IMG/VR virus record: IMGVR_UViG_3300036985_004421
Span: 5,831-69,830 of that record
DNA length: 64,000 nucleotides
Origin: a virus
Reading direction: 5' to 3' (one strand)
The notes under the pieces were generated by a model. It made no database searches, was not told where the DNA came from, and worked only from the letters and a program-made list of their open reading frames with translations. The position numbers were made by a program, and so were the translations under genes. Shown here in pieces: positions 17,043 to 27,691 of the stretch. Position 1 is the stretch's first letter. The number at the start of each line of letters is the position of its first letter.

Positions 17043-18425
17043 ATGATTGTAAATACAGGTAATTCTAGCACTTCGGCTACAGAAGCCAATTCGCTGATCA
17101 CCAATTTGCTCAAGTACCCAGAAATCAGTCCAGTAGTAACGGACTTGTTTCCTCAGTATTCTTTGAACTACTTTATGGAGAACACCAAAAAGTATGCGAA
17201 GGAAGTTGAGTACGGGTCAAACAGCGTAAGTTGGTTCCTAAAAGGACGTAGGTCACGTCCAAGTATCATTGACCCTGCCTACACTGGTTCGGCTACTGCA
17301 GGTGCTGGTAACACAGCTTTTGTGGTTGACTTTGCCCCAGGTGAATTGCATCTTTACCCTAAAGCGGTTGTTCGCTTTCCGGGCGAAGTGAATGCATGGG
17401 TAGAAAGTATCTCTGGCCTACAGGTTACTTTCCGTTTACAGGACAATAGCTCAACGCCTGCCACTGTAGACTTGTCTGCACCGGGCGGTATGACTGTTGG
17501 TATTATCGGCAACATGAACGAAGAAGGTTCTGCTCGTGGTTACGGCAACCAAACGTTCCCCGATCAATACACCAACTACATGGGCATTTACCGCCAAGAA
17601 ATGGAGATCACAGGCGATGCCTTGACCGACAAGCTTTGGATTGAGTACAATGGTCAAGCGTTATGGTATCACCGTCAGTTCGCTGAATGGATGGAAGAGA
17701 TTGAGTACGAGCGCGAGCTTGCACGTATCTACATGCACGCTACTATGAACAATGCTGGTGTTGCGTTCCAATACGAGCCTGTGAGTGGCAAGCCGTTGAT
17801 TCATGGTGATGGTCTGTTGAAGCAGATTGGTTTGAACAACGTTGACACCTACTCAGGTGCTTCTTTGAGCGAATCGCAAATCACTACGTTCCTTGCTGCT
17901 TTGTCTATGAATACAGGACAAGGTCAAGAGTACTTGGTACTTGGAGGAACTGCAGGTATCTTGGCATTCGAGAATGCGATGAAAGCTTACGCTCCATCAT
18001 TCGGTGCTCAGTTCGCAATGTCAGGTGGTGGTAATGTGACCCTTGGTGCAAACTATCGTTCATTCGTAGGTTTCAATACCAAGTTGACTATCGCTCACAA
18101 CCCATGTTTTGACGATGTGAACATTCACGGTAACGATATGGTGACTAACGCTTTTGGTGTATATCCAAGAGAGAGCTACCGTTTGTTGTTCTTGAATGTG
18201 GGCAAGCAAGGAGTGAGCAACTTCAACTTGGAAATGGCTGTGAAGTCTGCAGGAGGAATCAATCGTGGACGTGTTATCAAATACGTGAACGGTATGATTG
18301 ACCCAATGAACCCAAGCAGCATGTATGCCGCAAGCGGTGATGACAAATTCAAAATTGAATACTTGTCACACACTGCATTGGTATTGCGCAACCCATGGAG
18401 TTGCGGTATGTTAGTACACGCCTAG
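17043..18425 (+). CDS. major capsid protein
   Basis: 460 aa; EEGS, NYMGIYRQEMEITGDA and GDGLLKQI motifs; synteny; biased codon use. Confidence 0.85.
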   Translation: MIVNTGNSSTSATEANSLITNLLKYPEISPVVTDLFPQYSLNYFMENTKKYAKEVEYGSNSVSWFLKGRRSRPSIIDPAYTGSATAGAGNTAFVVDFAPGELHLYPKAVVRFPGEVNAWVESISGLQVTFRLQDNSSTPATVDLSAPGGMTVGIIGNMNEEGSARGYGNQTFPDQYTNYMGIYRQEMEITGDALTDKLWIEYNGQALWYHRQFAEWMEEIEYERELARIYMHATMNNAGVAFQYEPVSGKPLIHGDGLLKQIGLNNVDTYSGASLSESQITTFLAALSMNTGQGQEYLVLGGTAGILAFENAMKAYAPSFGAQFAMSGGGNVTLGANYRSFVGFNTKLTIAHNPCFDDVNIHGNDMVTNAFGVYPRESYRLLFLNVGKQGVSNFNLEMAVKSAGGINRGRVIKYVNGMIDPMNPSSMYAASGDDKFKIEYLSHTALVLRNPWSCGMLVHA

Positions 18426-18460
18426 ATTTTAATTATTAACCATTCTAAAACCATAGCACC

Positions 18461-19105
18461 ATGAGTACTGCAGTGCAAGCAAAAAACCTAGTAACTATCA
18501 GCTTTAAGGATAAGCCGGGTAAGATTACTTTACGTGACCACACCAACATTAAGGGTGATGACTTCTTTCTAAAAAATAAACGTGGAGAATCTACGTCATA
18601 TACCTTAGACAGAACTCAACAATTCAACTTGGAAGATGCTTTCGACAAGCAGATAGTTGAAGGGTTCCGTAATCATCCTGTATTTGGTAAGGCTCTGATA
18701 ATTAAATCAAGAACCGAGGAAGCCAAGAAGGTGGTAGTAACCTATGACTTGATGGAAGCCGCTGGCACATTCATTAAGAAAATGGGTGCAGGTGTAGGAA
18801 GTTTCGCACGAGTACTTGGGGTGCATGTGAATGGTTTGGATGCTATTGAAATCAAGGCTCGCTTGTTGGAGATTGCCATGAAAGACCCACAAAGAATCTT
18901 AGATTTGAAGGAGGATCCGAACTTCTCTCTAAGAGTGCTTTTAATTGAAGGTTTGTCTGTGAATGTGTTTACCCGAAGAGAAGGTATCTACATGTATGGA
19001 ACGACATCATTAGGTTCAACGGAACCATTGGCTATTGAGTGGTTAAGCAAAAACACAGACCTTACGCCAGCTCTCCGAAAGGAAGTTGACGGTAAACTCA
19101 AATAG
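18461..19105 (+). CDS. conserved crAss-like structural-module protein
   Basis: position directly after the MCP; 214 aa. Confidence 0.6.
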   Translation: MSTAVQAKNLVTISFKDKPGKITLRDHTNIKGDDFFLKNKRGESTSYTLDRTQQFNLEDAFDKQIVEGFRNHPVFGKALIIKSRTEEAKKVVVTYDLMEAAGTFIKKMGAGVGSFARVLGVHVNGLDAIEIKARLLEIAMKDPQRILDLKEDPNFSLRVLLIEGLSVNVFTRREGIYMYGTTSLGSTEPLAIEWLSKNTDLTPALRKEVDGKLK

Positions 19106-19107
19106 GA

Positions 19108-19803
19108 ATGACTATTGCCCAAATGCACGACCAGTTTGACTTGGGTGTAGACGAGAGAAACAACGCTCGTTTTACGCCACCTGAGAAAGACGAAATATTG
19201 AATCGTGCATGTTGGGCATTAGCCAGAGAGTACTCTAAAGAGTTTGAGAGCAATGAAGAGTTCAGGCAGTCCTTGGCTAAATTAGTCGAGGTACTGCCTG
19301 TGACTTTTACACAAACCTTGAATACTGCAGTTGCAGACCTTGACAGTTTGGTAGTTCCATTTGCATCGACAGGTAGTGAAATAATGTTCATCTTATCGCT
19401 GAACGTACAGATTACTGATAACTGTGGTAGAATCAATCGGAGAGCAGTGCGGCCTCACATGAGCAATGATGAAGTGCACGTTACTAATGACCCATTCAAT
19501 CAACCAAGTGCCAGAGAGCCTAAGCTTCACATGGAACATAATGGCACGCAATTTCGTAGAAGAATGAGGTTGTATGTAGATGGGGATAATGGTACAGCAC
19601 CGTTTCCTGTTGTTGGTCCAGCCACAGTAAGAGTACTCCGTACACCACGTTTGATGAATATTTCATCGTCACCTGCGATTGATTGCGAATTACCCGCATA
19701 TTTGCATCAGGAAATTGTGAATAAGGCAGTAAGCTTTGCCTTAGAAAATGTAAGCTCAGACCGCTTGGCGGAACATTCACTTCTCAGCAATGAGAAACCC
19801 TAA
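19108..19803 (+). CDS. tail ring / head-tail connector protein
   Basis: FTPPEKDEILNRA and CELPAYLHQEIVNKAV motifs typical of crAss ring proteins. Confidence 0.7.
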   Translation: MTIAQMHDQFDLGVDERNNARFTPPEKDEILNRACWALAREYSKEFESNEEFRQSLAKLVEVLPVTFTQTLNTAVADLDSLVVPFASTGSEIMFILSLNVQITDNCGRINRRAVRPHMSNDEVHVTNDPFNQPSAREPKLHMEHNGTQFRRRMRLYVDGDNGTAPFPVVGPATVRVLRTPRLMNISSSPAIDCELPAYLHQEIVNKAVSFALENVSSDRLAEHSLLSNEKP

Positions 19804-19815
19804 TACCTTATTATC

Positions 19816-20562
19816 ATGGCTATTGTAAAATATCCTCACGAAGAAGTAAACATGCTTGTAGATGCTGCTGCTGTACCTGCTGCTGCAGCTGGTGTGTTTG
19901 CCGTATCCTCTACCATCAGCTTTCCAATGAAAAGCATTGATTCGGTAGAAGCATTTACGAATAGTGCTGGTGTGGCTCGCGTGGTTACGCTTACTCCGTC
20001 TGCAGGTGCTTGGACTGCCGGCAGCACTATTAAAATTGGCGTTCATGGTTTTAATGATGGCACCAATGGATTTGGACCACAGTACTGCACCGTAATTGTG
20101 CCTGTTGGTGGATTTGCGAATGCTACTGCATGGTGTAATGCTGTTCGTTCTGCGGTTGCTGCAAAATTCCCATTCCTAACTGGTTCGGGAACTGCTACTG
20201 TAATTCTTACAGGAGCATCTACAGGTTCCGACATTGGTAAGCCTTTCAAGATTACCACGTACACTGACGACCCTGCACGTACCATTGCCACAGTAGTTAC
20301 TACTGCAGGTACAGCGCCATTGGGAACTGTTGCTCAAGTAGCAGCATTGCTTCCTGCGGAAACCATCAGTGTAGCGCACAACTTGGTAAAAGTGAAGCGC
20401 ACATTGACTGGTGATGATGGAACATCACGCAAGCAGTTGGTTAACCTTTGGGTTGACTTTTCAACTACTGCTACGTTGGCCGCTGACATCGTTGCTGCAT
20501 TGACAATCGTTACTACTCAGACTACAGACGAGAGCGGCCCTGCTCAAATCATCGCAGTCTAG
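19816..20562 (+). CDS. putative auxiliary capsid/structural protein
   Basis: Ala/Thr/Val/Gly-rich beta protein followed by a terminator. Confidence 0.55.
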   Translation: MAIVKYPHEEVNMLVDAAAVPAAAAGVFAVSSTISFPMKSIDSVEAFTNSAGVARVVTLTPSAGAWTAGSTIKIGVHGFNDGTNGFGPQYCTVIVPVGGFANATAWCNAVRSAVAAKFPFLTGSGTATVILTGASTGSDIGKPFKITTYTDDPARTIATVVTTAGTAPLGTVAQVAALLPAETISVAHNLVKVKRTLTGDDGTSRKQLVNLWVDFSTTATLAADIVAALTIVTTQTTDESGPAQIIAV

Positions 20563-20585
20563 TACTTCGAATTGGTTTAGAATTG

Positions 20586-20620
20586 GAAAGGGGGGTACGC
20601 AAGTATCTCCCTTTCTTTTT
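20586..20620 (+). terminator. intrinsic terminator
   Basis: GAAAGGGGGG-TAC-GCAA-GTA-TCTCCCTTTC followed by a T-run. Confidence 0.8.
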
Positions 20621-20623
20621 GTT

Positions 20624-20631
20624 TAGATTTG
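20624..20631 (+). promoter_or_regulatory. -7 promoter element TAGATTTG
   Basis: between the terminator and ATG 20639. Confidence 0.55.
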
Positions 20632-20638
20632 AACCATC

Positions 20639-21439
20639 ATGGCAACACTACTTCAAGACATCTACAACATCAAGAATATCGCGGTACATGGCAAAACATC
20701 CACGACAGATGCATTGCGTGAATCGCAGGTAAAGCATTGGATTCAATACTATCGTCCTTTGGCTATTGAACAGTTATTCAAAACTGTAGACAGGACTACT
20801 CACATGCTATGGCAAAAGACAGGATGCCTAGAGCTTACTGCTGTAGATATGGCTGAGTGCCCGTGTGAGGATATTATGTGGGGGTGTAGCATCTTCAAAG
20901 TTGACATTCCTAAAGCGATAGACTTAGGCAGTCGTCCTGCAGTATCGGTTACAGCAGTTGATGGACTTCATCACATTGACCTAGTGAATCCATCGGCAAT
21001 GCTTATTGCAAGTCACGCTAAATGGACGGGGGTAAAGGACAGAGCCTATTTGGATAGGTCAACCACCGAAGGAATGATGTCGCTCTACATCGGTAGTGCC
21101 AATGAGGATTTACAATACATTAAAGTGCGTTTAATCGCAGACGACCCCACTCTAGTTACTACAATGATTGGCTCCCCTGGGTCGTGTACTGAGCGTTGCT
21201 TTGACATCGATAAAGATGATTATCCAATGACTGGCCAAGTGAGGGCATTGGTTTACGATATGATTTTCAAGAAGGAATTAGCCTTGACGAATCAGGCCAT
21301 TGAGGATATTTTGAATAACAACAATGAGGATAGGCAGTACCTATCTGTCAAACAAGTTTTAGAATCCCTTGGCGAAAATGGAAGAAGGAGCAACAACCAA
21401 GTGGGTACATCCACTGGGGGTAGAAGAAGTAGAGGTTAA
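20639..21439 (+). CDS. tail ring protein
   Basis: QVKHWIQYYR, CLEL..VD...CPC and DYPMT motifs like crAss ring proteins. Confidence 0.65.
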   Translation: MATLLQDIYNIKNIAVHGKTSTTDALRESQVKHWIQYYRPLAIEQLFKTVDRTTHMLWQKTGCLELTAVDMAECPCEDIMWGCSIFKVDIPKAIDLGSRPAVSVTAVDGLHHIDLVNPSAMLIASHAKWTGVKDRAYLDRSTTEGMMSLYIGSANEDLQYIKVRLIADDPTLVTTMIGSPGSCTERCFDIDKDDYPMTGQVRALVYDMIFKKELALTNQAIEDILNNNNEDRQYLSVKQVLESLGENGRRSNNQVGTSTGGRRSRG

Positions 21440-21788
21440 CCATAAGGCATTTGCACAACTTGTAGCAGATGAATGTGGGTACTCAGCCAGTACGTGTGAG
21501 CGCGTAATGGACTGTTACTGGAAAAACGTATTGGACGTTTTAGAGGAAAGCAAAATGGTCAGTGTATACAACATTGGCATACAATTGATTTTAGCGGTGA
21601 TTCCAGCACCTATAGAGCAACGCTTAAGATATCCTCGTGAAGAGAACTTGGCCGTCATTAAAACCAAGCCTAAAAAGAAGTATCTAAGGTATCAGGTACG
21701 TGTGGCTAAGTATCGATATTACAAATGGCTCTGGATGAAAAACCAAGGGCATCAATTCATTAAACTTAAAGGCGATGATTCAGAATAA
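21378..21788 (+). CDS. IHF/HU-like DNA-binding protein
   Basis: HU-like helix pattern (LVADECGYS...VLDVLEESKMVSVYNIG); crAss synteny; probable ATG at 21378. Confidence 0.55.
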   Translation: MEEGATTKWVHPLGVEEVEVNHKAFAQLVADECGYSASTCERVMDCYWKNVLDVLEESKMVSVYNIGIQLILAVIPAPIEQRLRYPREENLAVIKTKPKKKYLRYQVRVAKYRYYKWLWMKNQGHQFIKLKGDDSE

Positions 21789-22494
21789 AGCTTCAATTTA
21801 TCAAGCCATTGACATGGCCAGACGTTTACTAGAAATAGAGCAGATGGGTTCTATCATGTCCGACTTCATAGAGTGGGCATGGGATGGTGAAAAGAAAATA
21901 GGTTCGTCCGTTACGTTCACCCGTAAGGAATGCTTTGTCGATATAGATGAAAATGGTGTGGGATGCTTGGAAAAAGATACGCTCTATATCCTAGGCATTG
22001 GCAAGACAGGCATGAAGATGGAGCAGTCTACTGCAGACTTTCAATTGTTCAATAAGAAATTGGTGAACAACAATACTGGCTTTGCAATGGCCTCTACTGC
22101 ATCAGCAAGTCAATACCTAGATGCATTGTATGGGTTCTACAACAACAGCCCAATGAAGTTCTCTGTGCACAATGGACACATTTACATGGCTGGATATAAA
22201 TCAGGTCAGGTGGCTATTGCATACAAAGGGGTATGCCTTGACGAAGAGGGTTATCCATTGGTAAATGAACTGCATGTGGAAGCGTTAGCAGCGTTCCTAA
22301 TCTATATGTACATACAGCGTGAATATCTGCGTGGCAGAGCGCCTAAATACCTGCATGACGATATGAAGCTTCGCTGGCTAGAGTTATGCGTACAGGCACG
22401 CTCTGAGGACGAAATGCCAAACCCACTAGACTTACGCATACTTAATGGCATCTGGAACAATATGCTACCATTGGCCGACCTAAATAATTTCTGA
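21775..22494 (+). CDS. tail ring/tubular protein
   Basis: YKGVCLDEEGYPLV motif; upstream of the muzzle. Confidence 0.7.
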   Translation: MIQNKASIYQAIDMARRLLEIEQMGSIMSDFIEWAWDGEKKIGSSVTFTRKECFVDIDENGVGCLEKDTLYILGIGKTGMKMEQSTADFQLFNKKLVNNNTGFAMASTASASQYLDALYGFYNNSPMKFSVHNGHIYMAGYKSGQVAIAYKGVCLDEEGYPLVNELHVEALAAFLIYMYIQREYLRGRAPKYLHDDMKLRWLELCVQARSEDEMPNPLDLRILNGIWNNMLPLADLNNF

Positions 22495-22496
22495 TT

Positions 22497-25400
22497 ATGG
22501 AACATCAAAACGAATTTTCTGGCGGCTTAGACCGTGGAACGAATGAGCGCACACAGATGGAGAAAACCATCTTTGACAGCGTAAACGGTCAGTTGTACTT
22601 TGATTCTACGGGCAATGTGATATGGCGACCATACAATGGAAATACCCAAATGTTGGTATTCGATTGTGAGCAAGACGATCCGGTAACGCTGGCTGCTGTC
22701 GATACAGGCATGAGCGCATTGCATACTCCCATAGGGGGATGTGCATTTGCTGATTGCTTCATCGTGATAACAGTACGCCAAACAGCAGGTGTGTATGATC
22801 CGATGATTATTTGGTTGTTCCAAGAAAACATTGATGGAGAAGTTTATGGTCAGGTGCTTTTATCTGACGTTGCTTCCACAGATAAATTCAATCAGAAGAT
22901 ATCGAACAACATTCGAATGCGACCTGTTTACGAAAACGATGAACTGTATCGTATCAAGTGGGTGGATGGTGTGGAAACCAACAGCAATCCACCGAGGTCA
23001 CTGACTTTTAGCAAGACAGGAACAGTAACAGGCCCAACATACAACGGAGCGACTGTCACAGGTCGCTTTTCTGTTTTTACAGTTTTGGGTGTTGTGACAC
23101 CTACATTGACCAATCTGATGGCTCCATTCAAGATGGGAGTTATCCATTTTCTAAAGCGTGTAAAAGGTCAATTAGCTTCGGGCCGATTCATATATCTCTA
23201 CAGGGAAATTTTGGAAGATGGATATCGTAGTCCATGGAGTCACCATAGCAATCCTGTTTTCGTAACTACGGACATACAGGATGGCACCAACATGCACTTG
23301 TTTGAAATGGAAGGTAGTAATGAAACTACTGTACATGGTAACCGTGTAGGTATATGGGGTGTGGATATAGCGTATGAAACGTTGGAAGTAGCCTATGTGT
23401 ATATCCCTGATGATACGAATATACCTACAGTGGCCGCTTCATTTGCATTCGTAGAAATCAATGGTAATGGCTACATCGAAGTTGACCATACTACGATGTC
23501 AGGAGAGCTGTTGAACGTAGCTGAGATTATCGCATTACGATTGAATCTGACAGCTGCTCAAACTGTAGAAGTAAAAGACGAACACTTGTGGCATGGCAAC
23601 TATAAGGTTGGTAATTTATTGCTTACTGATAATGAGATAGAAGATGCTTTGGCTGGATTGAAAGTCATTCACATTTTCCGTGATATGCCTATTGATAGAA
23701 AAGGTAAAACCGACAAGTTCACAACTGCAGACCCTATAAATTTATTCAATCTACTATTAGAAACTAGAGATACTAAGTTTGCACTAAATGATGTGCAAGA
23801 GTTCACATTTCCAATTGATGATGATTACTGTGGGTATCGTGGTCAGCAAATCGATCACACGTATGTAGGTTATCCTCGTGATGAAACAGAACGCTTTGGT
23901 ATAGTGTTCTATGACCTAGTGGGTAACCCAACCAATGTAGAGCACCTTGGTGATTACTATTTTCCTAAAATGTTTTTAGGTGGTGATGGAACTAGCGACC
24001 CTGCAGGTACACCAGTAGCCGTAGCTGATGCTGCTCTCATAGCAAAAGCTTTCAGAATCCGTAGAGATGATACCACTACAGGTACAGGTGCATTAGACCT
24101 TGATAATATCCTAGACTTAACTGCACTGTCGTTGCATAAGCGTTCATGGCTTACTACTGGTGGAGCTGATGTGCACAGCATAAGCGACCCAACACTTGAG
24201 CGTGCTGTGGCAGATGGTGACGACCCATTGACAGACACAATGCAGCTGTATACAAATATGCCACAGTCTTATGCGCGTATACAGGGCATTAAGTTTTCTG
24301 GTATTGACATAACCGATATTCGCGATAAAATCAGTGGGTATGCTATTGTGCGTTGCCCTATTGAGTACTCAACTATTGCTCAAGGATTAGTTTCTCCTAC
24401 TTCAATAACAGACGACCAAGGTGACCAAGAAAGATTAGGCCCTTGGCCAAGACCTAATTTGGCATTCAGAGATTATGGTGTAGGTTCATTTGGTGCAGCA
24501 CCATCAGATAATGATGGAGAGTTTCGAGCAACAGGATGGGCGCCAATACGCTTATGGGATAGGCAAAATGGGTTTGGTGTATATTTGAATGGTACATCGG
24601 ACTTTTTCTCTATGTATATTCCAGAGATAATGTTTGGCTCACCTATGCCTACTTACAACCAAGGACAAAAATTTGAGTTGGTGCAAGTGTGTTGGGAAGA
24701 GTATAACTGTGGTCAGGAAGATGCAGATACGCTTTATCCAACTGGTATATTAGCTCCACTTGGTCCATGGCTATCGAACAACTTTGACCTTTCTAAGCAC
24801 TCATGGCATTTGCTTGTGAATACTCGAATACATCATTTCAATATTCCGCCATTACCTGCATCACAACCTTATTCATGGAATTTCCATTCTGAGGATCAAG
24901 GAATACCATTTGATGCTACGAATATAATGCCAGCAGCTTTATATGCCTCATCTTATGGCGTGTCATGGGGAACGTTAGGACAAGCAGAAGCTTTGTTCCC
25001 AACATACGGCACCACATTTACTCCTGATTGGTTGCGAAAAATAGGAATGAATGAAAAAGAGTATGGCATTGACCCGTCATATCCATCTCGTTTCTTTCAC
25101 AATATGAAATGGTATTATCATCCAGAAAATTACGACCCATTTACAACAACTCCGGATCAAGATAGGCATGATGATTATTATGGAGGAACACGAGATACCG
25201 CCAATTTATTAGCATACTATTTTGACGAATCAAAACGTCAAGCTGTAGGCCACGATAATACGATTCTATTTCGCAATACAATTGCTATGAAATATTGGAA
25301 TGACACTCCTTCTCCATGCACACACTTTATGGCATTTCCTATGCCTACATGGGCGCATGAAACATTAGGTGGTTCTGCAGTTCCAGCCGCTAATGCTTAT

Positions 25401-27686
25401 GCGCATGATGCTAAGAGAGGTGCTACTGCTCGGTGGATGGTAAACTGGAAGCGTGAGCTTGGCTCACCTTATGGCGGTAATACGCAAAACACATTGCAGT
25501 TCAATATCTTCATTGGCACTGGTCACTTTCAACCTGTAGGGAATGATGAATTTGACACATTGATGGGTGCTGCTACTCCTGACATAATTGATGATGCAGA
25601 AGTATGGGGCGGTGAATGCTGGCTCGACTTACATGCAGGAACGTTTATGTACCCTAGCTATTCGCATGATACAATCGCTGACCAAGATGGTACCGGCTAC
25701 AAGATTGATTCATTTGGATTCATACTTGCATTTCCACACGAAGCAAAACTCAATCTTGCTTTAAGGAATGCACCATCACCTGGGAATCCTATGTCGCCAA
25801 ACGCAGGGTTGCGCTCATGGAAAATGTACAACAACTTTGCTGGTGCAGGTTCCTCACCTTGGACAGACAAAGGCCTGTTCCATTATAGTGGATTAAATGG
25901 TGATGCAGAAGATGCTTCCAAGCACTTGATTGAAGAGTTCTTCATCAATGAGGTAATGGGCTATCGGGATAAATTCAAGGGCTTCACAACGCTTCCTAGA
26001 GGATTTAGAGCGATTAAACATTGGCCGCAACGGTGGGCGTATAGCAATCGTAAAATCTACGGTGAATTGGTTGATGTGTTCAGAGAGTTTCTTGTCGCCA
26101 ATTACCGCGACCTCGATGGTTCGTTTGGTGCAATCATGGCCAGTGCAAATCATTCGGACAAAATCATTTCATTCCAAGAATTGGCCTATGGTCAATTGAG
26201 AATCTATGAGCGCACGATTATCCCATCAACCGAAGGTCAGATTACTACAGGCGATGCAAGCGTAATTGATGGCATCAAGTATTCCACAGACCAAATTGGT
26301 TGTCAGCACCCCGAATCTGTGGTGATTACACCAGAGGGTGTATATTGGGTTGACTGCTTTGCATACTCCATTTTTATGTCGCAAGGAGAGAATGCTGTCA
26401 ATCTTTCCGACAAAGCTGGAATGAATCAATACCTCCGCGAATTACTATGGAGATACATTGGCGGCCGTAGCATTTATGGTGAAAAAGGTGTGGCCATTGT
26501 CGGTGGGTACGACCAACGCACTAAGCGTGTGACCATGAGCTTTCCTTCGATTATGAAGTATCAGGTTCACAGTCGTGGTACTGCTCCATACGACAGCAAT
26601 CGTTACAATTGGTTTGGGCCCGTGTATACTACAGTGACTATTAGCGGTAACTCACATCAACGAGCTCGATTAAAGCCGTTGGATAAAGGAAGTGATGTCG
26701 CACAGGACGTTACGGCTGGATATGTGCATATCAGCAATCAGGATATCCTTGTGATACATACATTGGGTTATGGTGCGGTGCCAGCTTATCTGTATATCGA
26801 CTTGTATCAAGGAATTTATGGCAGCGATACGGTTACGCCATTAAGCAATACTGTGACTGAATTTTATTTGGTGTTGCCGGGCAAGACGGGAACGGCACCA
26901 AATCAAGGATGGGTGGTAGAGTTTGCGAATTACCGTGAAGGAAGCCCTGACTTGGTAACCCCTGCTATTGTAACTCCATTGGCTACATCAGTAACCGAAA
27001 AGGAAGGGTATATCTATCACAATGCGATATATCCGCACACACCACCAAGTCAGTCTATAGCAACTGATTCTGATGCAGCTGTGTTCCACTTGTACCGCGC
27101 AGAAAAGGATAGTCCTTTTCAAGTTCGATTGGTACAATCTAGCAGTTCCTTTGAGGATGTAGGACTAGGAATACAGATGCGTAATCGCATGGTGTACAAC
27201 GAAGAGTTCAAAGCTTTCGAACCATTTATATCTGCAGGAGATATCTTCAACATCAATTTCAGAAAGAAGCGATATGCTGCTGTAGAAACTAGCGTAACTG
27301 ATGGGATGTTCGTAGATGATTTAAGAAGTCCAGAGGTTCCGCGTTTGTATGGAAAGGAGTACGAAGCTTTCCTAGAGTTCATTGCAAATACAGGGTCAGC
27401 ATTAGATAAGATATTCGATGCATTACGCCTTGACTCAAGCGACTTGGGCGATGTTAAGAGCGTGCGTTACTCCAACGAGAACAATTCAGTATTGATTATC
27501 ATTGCAACTGATTCTAGCGTTCGGTACATTCGTAGAATAGGGCGAATACCAATTAGAAGGAAATGGCAATTGAGTAGGGTTACGGGTCATTACCTTCGCG
27601 TTATGGTTGAGATAAATGGTAAGCGAAACAAATTAGCGTACGTGAGTACTGCTAGAACTCTTTTTAGATTAAGCAATAAAAACTAA
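22497..27686 (+). CDS. tail muzzle / stabilization protein (P22 gp10-like)
   Basis: 1729 aa; NEFSGGL N-terminus, GYPRDETERFGIVFY, YSNRK...FREF, GCQHPES motifs. Confidence 0.75.
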   Translation: MEHQNEFSGGLDRGTNERTQMEKTIFDSVNGQLYFDSTGNVIWRPYNGNTQMLVFDCEQDDPVTLAAVDTGMSALHTPIGGCAFADCFIVITVRQTAGVYDPMIIWLFQENIDGEVYGQVLLSDVASTDKFNQKISNNIRMRPVYENDELYRIKWVDGVETNSNPPRSLTFSKTGTVTGPTYNGATVTGRFSVFTVLGVVTPTLTNLMAPFKMGVIHFLKRVKGQLASGRFIYLYREILEDGYRSPWSHHSNPVFVTTDIQDGTNMHLFEMEGSNETTVHGNRVGIWGVDIAYETLEVAYVYIPDDTNIPTVAASFAFVEINGNGYIEVDHTTMSGELLNVAEIIALRLNLTAAQTVEVKDEHLWHGNYKVGNLLLTDNEIEDALAGLKVIHIFRDMPIDRKGKTDKFTTADPINLFNLLLETRDTKFALNDVQEFTFPIDDDYCGYRGQQIDHTYVGYPRDETERFGIVFYDLVGNPTNVEHLGDYYFPKMFLGGDGTSDPAGTPVAVADAALIAKAFRIRRDDTTTGTGALDLDNILDLTALSLHKRSWLTTGGADVHSISDPTLERAVADGDDPLTDTMQLYTNMPQSYARIQGIKFSGIDITDIRDKISGYAIVRCPIEYSTIAQGLVSPTSITDDQGDQERLGPWPRPNLAFRDYGVGSFGAAPSDNDGEFRATGWAPIRLWDRQNGFGVYLNGTSDFFSMYIPEIMFGSPMPTYNQGQKFELVQVCWEEYNCGQEDADTLYPTGILAPLGPWLSNNFDLSKHSWHLLVNTRIHHFNIPPLPASQPYSWNFHSEDQGIPFDATNIMPAALYASSYGVSWGTLGQAEALFPTYGTTFTPDWLRKIGMNEKEYGIDPSYPSRFFHNMKWYYHPENYDPFTTTPDQDRHDDYYGGTRDTANLLAYYFDESKRQAVGHDNTILFRNTIAMKYWNDTPSPCTHFMAFPMPTWAHETLGGSAVPAANAYAHDAKRGATARWMVNWKRELGSPYGGNTQNTLQFNIFIGTGHFQPVGNDEFDTLMGAATPDIIDDAEVWGGECWLDLHAGTFMYPSYSHDTIADQDGTGYKIDSFGFILAFPHEAKLNLALRNAPSPGNPMSPNAGLRSWKMYNNFAGAGSSPWTDKGLFHYSGLNGDAEDASKHLIEEFFINEVMGYRDKFKGFTTLPRGFRAIKHWPQRWAYSNRKIYGELVDVFREFLVANYRDLDGSFGAIMASANHSDKIISFQELAYGQLRIYERTIIPSTEGQITTGDASVIDGIKYSTDQIGCQHPESVVITPEGVYWVDCFAYSIFMSQGENAVNLSDKAGMNQYLRELLWRYIGGRSIYGEKGVAIVGGYDQRTKRVTMSFPSIMKYQVHSRGTAPYDSNRYNWFGPVYTTVTISGNSHQRARLKPLDKGSDVAQDVTAGYVHISNQDILVIHTLGYGAVPAYLYIDLYQGIYGSDTVTPLSNTVTEFYLVLPGKTGTAPNQGWVVEFANYREGSPDLVTPAIVTPLATSVTEKEGYIYHNAIYPHTPPSQSIATDSDAAVFHLYRAEKDSPFQVRLVQSSSSFEDVGLGIQMRNRMVYNEEFKAFEPFISAGDIFNINFRKKRYAAVETSVTDGMFVDDLRSPEVPRLYGKEYEAFLEFIANTGSALDKIFDALRLDSSDLGDVKSVRYSNENNSVLIIIATDSSVRYIRRIGRIPIRRKWQLSRVTGHYLRVMVEINGKRNKLAYVSTARTLFRLSNKN

Positions 27687-27691
27687 ATCAG